64,000 nt of DNA from Acutalibacteraceae bacterium (GTDB lineage: Bacteria > Bacillota > Clostridia > Oscillospirales > Acutalibacteraceae): assembly GCA_045544155.1 (NCBI GenBank), contig JAZPYN010000009.1, positions 5,940-69,939 of the forward strand, written 5' to 3'. The notes beneath the pieces are model-generated. The model saw only the letters and a list, made by a program, of their open reading frames with translations, had not been told where the DNA came from and searched no databases. Made by a program: the position numbers and the translations under genes. Positions 38,801 to 48,044 of this stretch are shown here, piece after piece (position 1 is the stretch's first letter; every line of letters begins with the position of its first letter).

Positions 38801-40165
38801 ATGCTCTTTTTTACCGAAAAAGGTGAGATTTTGAAAAAAAACGAAATTTCAGTTGAGAGAAAAAAAGAAAAGAAAAACAAAAAAACAGTTATAGGTATAG
38901 CTGTGGCACTTGTAGTCATTGCAGGCATAGCTTTAGGGTTGATATTGCCGGTTGTTATCAGCTATTACAATAACGCTTACGAAAAGGCTGAAATTGTCGA
39001 GCGCACCGATGAATATGTGCGCCCCGAAATGGATGAGCAACCTTCGGGTTGGGAGGATGTTACTCTCAGTGAGGATGAGCTCGGCGACGATATAACTATT
39101 GAACCGGAAACTTTGCCTAACAGCGTTAATCAGAGCGGAACCGGTAATAACTACAACAGCTCCAATTCGTTCGGAAACTCAGCGAATGCTGTCAGTGTTT
39201 ACGGCAAAACACCGATATACAAGGTGGAGAAAAAGAACCCCGATATCGAAAACATACTTGTTCTCGGTACGGATTCAAGAGATGTTACGCGTGAACGAGG
39301 AAGAAGCGATGCTATTATCATTTTTTCATATAATAAAAAAACTGATGAAGTAAAAATGATATCGGTTCTTCGTGACTCTCTTGTACCTATCGAGGGCCAC
39401 GGATGGAACAGGATAAATGCCGCGTATTCCTTTGACGGCGTAGGTCTTGCAGTCAATACAGTTAATCAGATATTTGACCTTGATATACAGCGGTTTGTGG
39501 TAGTTGATTTCAACGGTGTTAAGGATTTTATTAACAAGGTAGGCGGCGTTGATATAAAACTTACAAAGGCGGAGGCTGAATATTTTAATCGAACAGGTAC
39601 GCTCGGCAAGCAGGTTGAGGAAGGAGTATGTCATCTCAGCGGTGCGCCGGCACTGACATATATGCGTACGCGTAAGGTTGACAGCGATTTTGGCAGGACA
39701 AACCGACAGCAGAAGCTTATACAGGCTTTGGCTAACAAGATACTCAATGAAAAGACATTGCCCGAAATATACGGTCTGACAGATTTTGCATTTAAGCTTA
39801 TTAAAACGAATATCACTCTTCCCGAGCTGACCGGTGTAATATCGGCAATAGCTAAGACAGATAACGCTGACAGCGGCGAGTATGAGCAGTTAACCGAAGA
39901 AAGCACGTCGCTGCAGGAGCATACACAGGTTGAGCAGAATACGATGCGGGAAGATGTTACAGCTTTGGAAGAAGAGATTTCCGCCATAACGGATGAAGCT
40001 GAGGTTGAAAGCACAGCTGCTCAAGCGGGCAAGGAGCTGTATATGCAGGCACAGCACGTACCGTATGACGGTGCTTATTCATATAAAAGATATAACGGGA
40101 TGGCTATAATATCGTTTGATATTGATGATGCCGCACGTCGTATAAACAGATTTATTTACGGTTAA
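38801..40165 (+). CDS. LytR-CpsA-Psr (LCP) family glycopolymer transferase
   Basis: 454-aa ORF with an N-terminal TM segment and LCP core motifs ILVLGTDSRD and GRSDAIIIFS. An alternative TTG start lies at 38831. Acidic C-terminal extension. Confidence 0.85.
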   Translation: MLFFTEKGEILKKNEISVERKKEKKNKKTVIGIAVALVVIAGIALGLILPVVISYYNNAYEKAEIVERTDEYVRPEMDEQPSGWEDVTLSEDELGDDITIEPETLPNSVNQSGTGNNYNSSNSFGNSANAVSVYGKTPIYKVEKKNPDIENILVLGTDSRDVTRERGRSDAIIIFSYNKKTDEVKMISVLRDSLVPIEGHGWNRINAAYSFDGVGLAVNTVNQIFDLDIQRFVVVDFNGVKDFINKVGGVDIKLTKAEAEYFNRTGTLGKQVEEGVCHLSGAPALTYMRTRKVDSDFGRTNRQQKLIQALANKILNEKTLPEIYGLTDFAFKLIKTNITLPELTGVISAIAKTDNADSGEYEQLTEESTSLQEHTQVEQNTMREDVTALEEEISAITDEAEVESTAAQAGKELYMQAQHVPYDGAYSYKRYNGMAIISFDIDDAARRINRFIYG

Positions 40166-40182
40166 CTTTGGAGGCGAGCTCC

Positions 40183-40905
40183 GTGCTTGATATTCATTGC
40201 CATATTTTGCCCGGCGTTGATGACGGCTCGGGTGCTCTCAGCGATTCTCTTGAAATGGCACGCATTGCAGCGGCTTCGGGAATAAGCAGTATTGTTGCAA
40301 CACCTCACTGCAATATACCGGGTCTTTGTAAAAACTACCGCAGTGAAAAATTAATATCAAAGTTCAATGAGCTGCATGATGCACTGGAACGTAATTTGAT
40401 TCCTGTTGATTTGTATTACGGTCAGGAAGTTTTCTTTACGGATGACTTTGAAAAACATTTTGAGCACGGAGATTTTTTAACGCTCAACGGCTCGAAATAT
40501 ATGCTGGTAGAGCTTGATTTTGAGATAAGTGAAGAAGAGGCGATAAAAAGCATAAAGCGCGTTGCTTCAACAGGTGTCGTGCCTGTTGCGGCACACCCTG
40601 AACGGTACGGCTTTATTGTTGAGCAGCCCGACCGTGCAGTGCAGCTCTGCCGCGCAGGTGCCTTGCTCCAGCTCAACCGAAGCAGTATAGTAGGTGAGTT
40701 CGGTCAACGCATATATTCAGCGGCAAAATACATATTGGATAACGGGCTTGCTGATGCGGTTGCAAGCGATGCACACAGCCAATACAGCAGAATACCTGAT
40801 TTTTCCGATGTGCACGAGGCGATATGCGAGAATTGGTCTTATGATTACGCAGATATTCTTCTAAAAATAAATCCGACAAAAATAATTAAAAATGAAACGG
40901 TCTGA
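40183..40905 (+). CDS. CpsB/YwqE-type (PHP family) protein-tyrosine phosphatase
   Basis: I prefer the GTG at 40183, 8 nt after GGAGG; the track opens at a TTG at 40168. The N-terminus is VLDIHCHILPGVDDGS. Confidence 0.85.
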   Translation: MLDIHCHILPGVDDGSGALSDSLEMARIAAASGISSIVATPHCNIPGLCKNYRSEKLISKFNELHDALERNLIPVDLYYGQEVFFTDDFEKHFEHGDFLTLNGSKYMLVELDFEISEEEAIKSIKRVASTGVVPVAAHPERYGFIVEQPDRAVQLCRAGALLQLNRSSIVGEFGQRIYSAAKYILDNGLADAVASDAHSQYSRIPDFSDVHEAICENWSYDYADILLKINPTKIIKNETV

Positions 40906-40937
40906 AGACTGTTGCTTCAAAGAAAGGCGAAAATCGT

Positions 40938-41756
40938 ATGATAAAATGGCTTCAAAAAATAACTCTGCTGCTGTTTTCCGTAACGCTTGTTGCGTTTGTT
41001 GCGTTTTCGGTTATAGACAGGATAAAAACCGATACTACCGTTCCGGTTATCACTGTTGAGTCTGATACGATCGAAATGAGTGTCAGAGACAGCAAGGAGA
41101 TGCTTCTCAGAGGCGTTACGGCGTTTGATGAGAAGGATGGAGATATTACGGATAAGGTGCTTGTAGAGTCGGTATCAAAGTTTATAACTCCCGGTGAATG
41201 TACGGTAACCTATGCTGTTTCTGATTCTGACCGTCACGTTTCCAAGGTCACGCGTACGCTTCGCTATACCGATTACACAACACCGGAATTTTATATGAAG
41301 CGTGCTTTGGTCTACTCGGTGGATGAGGATGTTGATATACGCTCGGCCATCGGTGCGAGAGACTGTATTGACGGTGATATCAGCGACAAGGTCACCATAA
41401 CCGCGACTGATTTTGTTGAGAATACGGCAGGAGTTTTCACTGTGTCCGTATCGGCGGCAAACAGTATGGGCGATATGATATATCTTGATGTTACCGTGCA
41501 CGTTGAAGGTAATGAGACGATGGCACCTCAGATTCAGCTTGAAAAGAGCCTTATATATGTTAAGAAGGGCGAAACACCTATATTTGAAGACTATATAAAA
41601 GAGGTCACGGTCAACGGTGTGCTTATGAAAAATTACAATCTTCTTGTTTCAACTAACTATGACTGTGACAAGGAAGGTACATATAACGTACATTTCTATA
41701 TTTCCACCAATGAGGGTTACGAGGGCCACTCTATACTTACGGTTGTTGTTGAATAA
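40938..41756 (+). CDS. Membrane-anchored protein with Ig-like (DUF5011-type) domains
   Basis: 272-aa ORF with an N-terminal TM segment and repeated D..DGDI[ST]DKV signatures (AFDEKDGDITDKV, ARDCIDGDISDKV). Confidence 0.55.
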   Translation: MIKWLQKITLLLFSVTLVAFVAFSVIDRIKTDTTVPVITVESDTIEMSVRDSKEMLLRGVTAFDEKDGDITDKVLVESVSKFITPGECTVTYAVSDSDRHVSKVTRTLRYTDYTTPEFYMKRALVYSVDEDVDIRSAIGARDCIDGDISDKVTITATDFVENTAGVFTVSVSAANSMGDMIYLDVTVHVEGNETMAPQIQLEKSLIYVKKGETPIFEDYIKEVTVNGVLMKNYNLLVSTNYDCDKEGTYNVHFYISTNEGYEGHSILTVVVE

Positions 41757-41799
41757 TAATGATTATTTTGTTTCGCCTTAGTGCGAGAGGTGATGAGAT

Positions 41800-43308
41800 T
41801 TGAAGAGTAACAGATCGTGGTTTACGATAACTTTTGAATTGAACAGCCTGATAAGAGACCTGGTAAGAAATATATGGGCGATTCTGCTTGCAGGTCTGAT
41901 TGCGGCTATGGGAGTAAGCATTTTTGAAAAAAGTATATATACACCCAGCTATACAAGCAGCGCGGTGCTTGTAGTACGCTCTAAGGTGAGCAGCAGCGGT
42001 GCTTACAGTAACCTGTCGGCCTCGAGTGAAATGGCTACGATATTTACGAAGGTTTTTGATCAGGTATCGATGAAGAATCTTGCGGCTGAGAATCTTGGGC
42101 TTGATTCGTTTGACGGCGATATTACCGCAGAGGTAAACGGTTCGACAAACCTGCTGAATATATCCGTCAAGTCGGATGAGCCGGAGCTTGCATTTAAGCT
42201 GCTGACATCTGTGCTGGAGGTTTACCCGGAAATATCAGATGCGGTATTTACCAATGCGGTAATTGACGTTATTTCTTCACCTAAAATGCCGACTGCTCCG
42301 TCAAATTCCGTGCTTACGAGATACCGTAACCATATCGTATTGTTTGCAATGCTCTTTGAGGCTGGTCTCATAGTGCTGCTGTCGCTGCTTCGCGAAACGG
42401 TCAAGGAGGAAAAGGGATTTTCGGAAAAGATAGATTCGCACATTATTTCGACGATCTCGCACGAGCGTCCGCATCTCTCTCTTAAGGAGAGACTTCACCG
42501 AAAGAAAAGGTCACTGCTTATAAATGATGCATATTCAAGTCTGAGATTTACCGAGGATTACCAGAAGCTTGCAACCAAGCTTGAATATATGCATAAAAAT
42601 AAGGGACATAAGGTGTTTGTTGTTACAAGCGTTGCTGAGAATGAAGGTAAGTCTACGGTAGCCGCCAATACGTCATTGGCACTTGCCGGCAGAGGATACC
42701 GCGTTGCGCTTATAGACCTTGATGTCCATAAACCGTCAATGTATAAAATATTTGACTACGGTAAGGAAATGAAAAATGAGTTTTCGGACGTGCTTACAAA
42801 CCGTGTCACGCTTGACGATTTCAGCTTTGTACGTTACAGAAAGACTGATCTTATAATTGCTTTTAACAAAAAATCTCATACAAATAAAAACAGTGAATAT
42901 GACGCCACTGCACTGAAAAACTGCATTACCGCGCTTCGCGAAAAGGTTGACTTTGTAATTATAGATACTCCTCCGTCATCTGTTTCGGCAGACAGTGTTA
43001 TGGCATCGGCTTTTGTTGACAGAACGCTGCTTGTTGTAAGGACGGATTGCGTTGCGGTACGTGATATTAACGATGCGATACTCGCTGTATCCGACGCGGG
43101 CGGTAAGCTTGCAGGCTGTGTGCTCAACGATGTTTATAAGCCGTTTACACTTTTCGGACAGATAGGAATTGACGAAACCGGTTATCACGGCTACGCGGCA
43201 TATTACCGCGGTTACTCTAAATACGGCAGAGGCAATTTTGCCGTAGGAGATGCAGATGTGTTTACGGAAGAATCACTCGAAGATAAAACAGATAAAAAAC
43301 AGGGATAA
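41800..43308 (+). CDS. Fused Wzz-like chain-length domain and BY-kinase (protein-tyrosine kinase), paralogue 1
   Basis: TTG start behind GAGAGGTGA. Two TM segments bracket an extracytoplasmic domain. Walker A SVAENEGKST, Walker A' ALIDLDVHKP, Walker B VIIDTPP. C-terminal Tyr cluster GYHGYAAYYRGYSKYG. Confidence 0.8.
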   Translation: MKSNRSWFTITFELNSLIRDLVRNIWAILLAGLIAAMGVSIFEKSIYTPSYTSSAVLVVRSKVSSSGAYSNLSASSEMATIFTKVFDQVSMKNLAAENLGLDSFDGDITAEVNGSTNLLNISVKSDEPELAFKLLTSVLEVYPEISDAVFTNAVIDVISSPKMPTAPSNSVLTRYRNHIVLFAMLFEAGLIVLLSLLRETVKEEKGFSEKIDSHIISTISHERPHLSLKERLHRKKRSLLINDAYSSLRFTEDYQKLATKLEYMHKNKGHKVFVVTSVAENEGKSTVAANTSLALAGRGYRVALIDLDVHKPSMYKIFDYGKEMKNEFSDVLTNRVTLDDFSFVRYRKTDLIIAFNKKSHTNKNSEYDATALKNCITALREKVDFVIIDTPPSSVSADSVMASAFVDRTLLVVRTDCVAVRDINDAILAVSDAGGKLAGCVLNDVYKPFTLFGQIGIDETGYHGYAAYYRGYSKYGRGNFAVGDADVFTEESLEDKTDKKQG

Positions 43309-43317
43309 GGATACCGT

Positions 43318-44799
43318 ATGAAAAACAACAAAAACAACGATGTGAATAGCTCTAATTCACCCGTGGAAATAAGGGTGCTTATCAGTGATATTTGGCGCGG
43401 AGTAATCAAGTTCGGCTGGATTGCTCTGGCTCTTGCCGTGCTTTTCGGAGGTATACAGTTTTACAGGAGCTATGTGCGGTATAAACCTGAATACACCGTT
43501 TCAGCAACGTTTACGGTGCATACGGAAAACGCTGTGCTTTCGGGTGACAACGGCGTTTCTGCATATTCGTTCTACTATAATAAAAATACCGCTGACCAGC
43601 TTGCAAATGTTTTTCCGCACGTTGTCAATAACTCGTTGCTGAAAAATCAGGTGTGCAATGAGCTTGGTGTTAAGTCGATGCCTGCTGCGGTTACGGCAAA
43701 ATGTATTGCAGATACGAATATGGTAACTCTCACAGCCAAGGGTTCAGATCCCCAAATGACCTATGATGTTCTTATGAGTGTTATCAATAACTACTCTTCC
43801 GTTGCCGATTATATTATCGGCCGTACCAAGCTTGTTATGATAAATGAACCTGATATGCCTGACGGGCCTTCCAATACACTGGCGTGGCGTTCTGCTGTGC
43901 TAAGGGCAGCGTTGATAGGTCTCGTAATTGGTGTTGCATGGATAATGGTTTATGCAATACTTCGCAAGACGATACGTACTAAGGAAGATATACACACGAT
44001 ACTGAATCAGCACTGTGTAGGCATACTGCCGCAGGTCATTTTCAAAAAGTACCGTCGCCAGATTAACTCTGACATAATACTTACAAATCCCCTTATCGGA
44101 AACCATTTTCTTGAAGCCTTAAGACTTCTCAGAGGCTCTGTACAGCAGTGCCTTGATGAAAAGGACAGGGTTGTAATGATAACAAGTACTGCTCCGGGTG
44201 AGGGCAAGTCTGTTGTAACGTTTAATATTGCGGCATCTTTTGCTAAAAGCGGCAGCAAAGTGCTTGTGGTTGACTGTGACCTGCGCGACTCCGGAATCGA
44301 TACAATACTTTCCGGAGATGATTACGGAGTGAAGGTAACAGATGAAAAGAAAACATATACAGTAAGCAGTATTGAAGCGTTGGGCTTCGATATACTCAGT
44401 TTTAAAAACGGTGAGGATAATTTGCAGGAGATCATACGTACCTCACAGCTCAAGAATCTTTTTGAACAGATGAAGCAGGAATATGACCTTGTATTTGTTG
44501 ACACTCCGCCTTGCGGAATTATTTCGGATGCAACAATAATTGCCGGTGCTGCGGACACGCTGCTCTATGTTATAAGACAGGATGCTGTTTTGCAGACCAG
44601 CATCAGGGCAGGTATAAATTCCATGCTCGAAACAGAGATAAAATTTGCCGGCTGTGTTCTTAACGGTGCAACAGGTGGCTTTGGCGGCTACGGCAGCTAT
44701 AACGGGTATTCAGGCTATAACAAGTATTATCGCAGCAGTTATTCACGCAGATACGGTTACGGATACAGTAAAACCCAAAAAACAAAAGCAAACAAATAA
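43318..44799 (+). CDS. Fused Wzz-like chain-length domain and BY-kinase, paralogue 2
   Basis: 493-aa ORF with two TM segments. Walker A STAPGEGKS, Walker A' VLVVDCDLRDS, Walker B VFVDTPP. C-terminal Tyr cluster GGYGSYNGYSGYNKYYRSSYSRRYGYGYS. Confidence 0.8.
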   Translation: MKNNKNNDVNSSNSPVEIRVLISDIWRGVIKFGWIALALAVLFGGIQFYRSYVRYKPEYTVSATFTVHTENAVLSGDNGVSAYSFYYNKNTADQLANVFPHVVNNSLLKNQVCNELGVKSMPAAVTAKCIADTNMVTLTAKGSDPQMTYDVLMSVINNYSSVADYIIGRTKLVMINEPDMPDGPSNTLAWRSAVLRAALIGLVIGVAWIMVYAILRKTIRTKEDIHTILNQHCVGILPQVIFKKYRRQINSDIILTNPLIGNHFLEALRLLRGSVQQCLDEKDRVVMITSTAPGEGKSVVTFNIAASFAKSGSKVLVVDCDLRDSGIDTILSGDDYGVKVTDEKKTYTVSSIEALGFDILSFKNGEDNLQEIIRTSQLKNLFEQMKQEYDLVFVDTPPCGIISDATIIAGAADTLLYVIRQDAVLQTSIRAGINSMLETEIKFAGCVLNGATGGFGGYGSYNGYSGYNKYYRSSYSRRYGYGYSKTQKTKANK

Positions 44800-44834
44800 G
44801 CGGCTGTAATTCTTTTCGGGAGGTGAGTGAGCGA

Positions 44835-46571
44835 ATGAAAAAGCCCGGCGAGTATAATGAGCTGTTTCGCTCTCTCGGCTCTGAGTGGAAATGGCTTCTC
44901 GGATATATCTCACGTTATAAGCTTCATATTGCGGTTTATGTGATAATGGGCATTGTTGCTGCAGCGATGGGGCTGGGCGTGAGCGTTTCGTCAAAATATC
45001 TTATAGATGCGGTTCTTGACAAAAATGTACATACCATTGTGACCAGTGCGGCTGCTGCAGTTTTTCTGGGGCTGGCACAGATAGTCATAAACGCCGTAAT
45101 ATCAAGGGTTGCTGCAATGGCTGGCACCAAGATAAGCAGTGAAATACGTGAGAATATATACGAGCATATTGTGTTTTCGAAATGGGAGTCTGTAAGACGT
45201 TACCATTCGGGTGATCTGCTTAACAGAATTGAAGGCGATGCCGGTGCTGTGGCAAGCAGCATAGTTACTTTTATACCGGGTGTTTTTACCAAGCTTACTC
45301 AGTTTGTCGGCTGTCTTGCGCTTGTGCTTTATTATGATCCGACAATGGCGATCTTTGCGTTTTTGAGCACTCCTTTTCTTGCCCTTTCTTCACGTATTAC
45401 TGCCAAAATGACACGTAAATACAACAAAGAGAGTCGTGAAATGAACGGTAAGCTGATAAGCTTTTATTCTGAGTCTATACAAAACTTGCAGATGATAAAG
45501 GCTTTTGATATTACCTCACGATATGTAGAGCAGATACGCCGAAATCTTGCACTTTACAGAAAAATAAGGCTCGATCACGACAAATTCGCTACAATAATGA
45601 CGGCTTGTATGGCTGTAATAGGTCTTATAGTCTCGTATGCTTGCTACGGATGGGGTGTATGGAGGCTTTGGAACGGCATAATAAGCTTTGGTACGATGAC
45701 ACTGTTTTTGCAGATATCCGGCAAGCTGACAGCCTCATTTTCTTCGCTCGTTTCACTTGCACCGAGTGCAATCTCAATAGCCACTGCTGCCGGCAGAATT
45801 ATGGAGATCACACAGATGCCTCTTGAAAACGGCGGCGATGCGGATAAGGCGGCTCAAATGAGCGATTCCGTAAGAAAAAACGGGATTACAATAGAATGCG
45901 AAAATCTGACATATACTTATGATGACGGCACGGAACCCGTTGTGAAAGATGTTTCATTTATTGCCCGTGCAGGAGAAACAATAGCCTTCGTAGGTCCTTC
46001 GGGAGAAGGCAAAACGACGGTTCTACGGCTTGTTTTAGGCTTGCTTGAGCCGGATTCAGGCTCGATTATAATGCGTACGGATGACGGTGAGGCTATCAAG
46101 GCTTCAGAGAGCACGAGGCGGTTTTGTTCCTATGTACCGCAGGAGAATGCGGTGTTTTCGGGCTGTATTGCGGATAATCTGCGCATCGTCTGCCCTGAGG
46201 CAAGTGATGATGATTTGAAATGCGTTCTTGAAGCGGCAGATGCGTGGAGTTTTATTGAGAGACTGCCGCTCGGCATTTACACATCTGTTGATGAAAAAGG
46301 TGTTAATTTTTCAGAGGGACAGATTCAGCGTATATCAATTGCACGTGCTCTTTTGCGTGATGCAGCTGTTATTGTTATGGATGAGGCTACAAGTGCACTT
46401 GATGCCGCTACGGAGGAGAGGGTGCTTGCAAATATGATGAAGGCATATCCTAACCGCACACGAATTATAACAACGCACAGACCCAGTATGCTCAGGTATT
46501 GTACGCGTATTTACCGAATAAGCACAGACGGCACGCTGACTCAGGTGAGTGCTGAGGAAGCTGCAGGATAA
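44835..46571 (+). CDS. ABC exporter, fused permease/ATP-binding protein
   Basis: I prefer the ATG at 44835, 12 nt after GGGAGG; the track opens at a GTG at 44823. Six-TM N-terminal half. Walker A GPSGEGKTT, signature FSEGQIQR, Walker B VIVMDEATS. No C39 peptidase domain. Confidence 0.85.
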   Translation: MKKPGEYNELFRSLGSEWKWLLGYISRYKLHIAVYVIMGIVAAAMGLGVSVSSKYLIDAVLDKNVHTIVTSAAAAVFLGLAQIVINAVISRVAAMAGTKISSEIRENIYEHIVFSKWESVRRYHSGDLLNRIEGDAGAVASSIVTFIPGVFTKLTQFVGCLALVLYYDPTMAIFAFLSTPFLALSSRITAKMTRKYNKESREMNGKLISFYSESIQNLQMIKAFDITSRYVEQIRRNLALYRKIRLDHDKFATIMTACMAVIGLIVSYACYGWGVWRLWNGIISFGTMTLFLQISGKLTASFSSLVSLAPSAISIATAAGRIMEITQMPLENGGDADKAAQMSDSVRKNGITIECENLTYTYDDGTEPVVKDVSFIARAGETIAFVGPSGEGKTTVLRLVLGLLEPDSGSIIMRTDDGEAIKASESTRRFCSYVPQENAVFSGCIADNLRIVCPEASDDDLKCVLEAADAWSFIERLPLGIYTSVDEKGVNFSEGQIQRISIARALLRDAAVIVMDEATSALDAATEERVLANMMKAYPNRTRIITTHRPSMLRYCTRIYRISTDGTLTQVSAEEAAG

Positions 46572-46581
46572 TAGTTGTTTT

Positions 46582-46620
46582 AAGCAGGAGGTGTATATGG
46601 CCTTCTGCTTATTTTTTTTA
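46582..46620 (+). terminator. Strong intrinsic terminator after the ABC exporter
   Basis: AAGCAGGAGG (46582-46591) pairs with CCTTCTGCTT (46601-46610): 10 bp including one G-U pair. It is followed by ATTTTTTTT. Confidence 0.8.
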
Positions 46621-46651
46621 AAGTGAATTACTGTATATTTATATATATATA

Positions 46652-46680
46652 TTGCTTTATTTTTCTTGACGTGATATAAT
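46652..46680 (+). promoter_or_regulatory. Sigma-A-type promoter of the RiPP-like cassette
   Basis: TTGCTT (46652-46657), a 17-nt spacer ending in TG-A, then TATAAT (46675-46680). Confidence 0.6.
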
Positions 46681-46725
46681 CAATTTGGTTTATTATGATT
46701 TATGATAAAATGTGGTGTTGCAGTT

Positions 46726-46992
46726 ATGTTTAAGATCAAGGATGGCTTTATTGTACGGCGTATAGGTCCGCAGACGATGGCTGTACCTACGGGTAAAATG
46801 ACATCGGAGATACACGGTATGATAGCACTCAGCGAGAGTGCAGTCTGCTTGTGGTCGGCACTTGAAAAGGGCGCGGAAGCACATGAGCTTGCGAAATTGC
46901 TGACAGATCAATATGAAACGGATTACGACACTGCGCTTGCTGATGTCGAAAAATTTATTGAAGGCTTGCGTGAGCAGGGGGCTCTTGAATAA
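46726..46992 (+). CDS. PqqD-family protein (RiPP recognition element / peptide chaperone)
   Basis: 88-aa product from the ATG at 46726; the track opens at 46702. MFKIKDGFIVRRIG...ALSESAVCLWSAL...ELAKLL...YETDYDTALADVEKFIEGLREQGAL fits the PqqD family pattern by eye. Confidence 0.7.
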   Translation: MFKIKDGFIVRRIGPQTMAVPTGKMTSEIHGMIALSESAVCLWSALEKGAEAHELAKLLTDQYETDYDTALADVEKFIEGLREQGALE

Positions 46993-48044
46993 TGGAATGC
47001 GACAGCTTTAATTCAAAATATACGGATTTGCTGGGGAGCTGGGCTAAGGAAAACCGTGTGCCGCTTACAGTAAATTTTGAGCTGACTCCGTTTTGTAACT
47101 TCAGCTGTGTAATGTGCTATGTTCGGCTCGATAAAAAGTCGGCAGAAGTTCAGGGCAGAATGCTGACAGCCGATGAATGGCTCGATATTGCTGCACAGGC
47201 TAAGGCTATGGGCACACTCAACCTTGCACTTACGGGCGGTGAGCCGCTTACTCATCCCGATTTCTGGTATATATACAGCAGGCTCAACAAAATGGGCTTT
47301 CTTCTTTCAATACTGACAAACGGTTCACTTATAGATGAAGCTGTTATAGAAAAGTTTCGTATGTACGGTATGCCGTACAGGGTGAAAATTACTCTTTACG
47401 GTGCGAGCGACGAAACATATCTGCGCACCTGCGGCTCACACGACGGCTTTACAAGGATTTCAAAAGCGATAGATCTTCTCAAAGCAGAGGGTGTGCCGCT
47501 TACGCTTACCTCTACTGTTGTACACGAAAACGCAGATGACCTGCAGGCGATGTACAGATTTGCGGCAGGAAAGGGTCTCAGACTTCAGCATACGGTCAGT
47601 GTGCTTAAATCCTCGCGCGGCTCTGTTAACTCGGTTGCGTCTTCTCGTTTTGCTTTGAGCGATTTCCCCGATGAGCTTTCACTCGAGCAGCTTGAGCGCA
47701 GTAAATTTCCTCCGCTTGCCTCTCCGTTTGCCTGGTGTGCGAGTAAGGATGTGTCATTCTGGATGACTTGGCACGGCCATATGCAGCTTTGTGCCTTTAT
47801 GTGTAAGCCGTATATCAAATATTCGGGCGACATTTCGCATGATTATGAACGTATGCTGTCCTTGCTCGACGACATAAAAAGTCCGTTGGAATGCAGCAAC
47901 TGCGAATGGGCGGATTTTTGTCAGCGGTGTCCGGGTATTCTCTGTGCAGAGAGCTCGGATCCGGAGAAAACAGAAAAAGGTCTTTGTGATATGGCAAAAA
48001 GGCTTTATGAAATATATTTAACTAAAAAAGGAGAAAAGGTATGA
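46992..48044 (+). CDS. Radical SAM / SPASM-domain peptide-modifying enzyme
   Basis: 350-aa ORF with CNFSCVMC (CX3CX2C), LTGGEPL, and a C-terminal Cys cluster (CAFMC...CSNCEWADFCQRCPGILC). The start overlaps the PqqD stop (TAATG). Confidence 0.8.
   Translation: MECDSFNSKYTDLLGSWAKENRVPLTVNFELTPFCNFSCVMCYVRLDKKSAEVQGRMLTADEWLDIAAQAKAMGTLNLALTGGEPLTHPDFWYIYSRLNKMGFLLSILTNGSLIDEAVIEKFRMYGMPYRVKITLYGASDETYLRTCGSHDGFTRISKAIDLLKAEGVPLTLTSTVVHENADDLQAMYRFAAGKGLRLQHTVSVLKSSRGSVNSVASSRFALSDFPDELSLEQLERSKFPPLASPFAWCASKDVSFWMTWHGHMQLCAFMCKPYIKYSGDISHDYERMLSLLDDIKSPLECSNCEWADFCQRCPGILCAESSDPEKTEKGLCDMAKRLYEIYLTKKGEKV

Noticed and set aside
46641-46652. (AT)6 microsatellite just upstream of the cassette promoter as a possible phase-variation tract
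   Set aside because: It is only six units long and lies upstream of the -35 rather than in the spacer or a coding region, so there is no evidence it affects expression. It is noted only as a low-complexity run.
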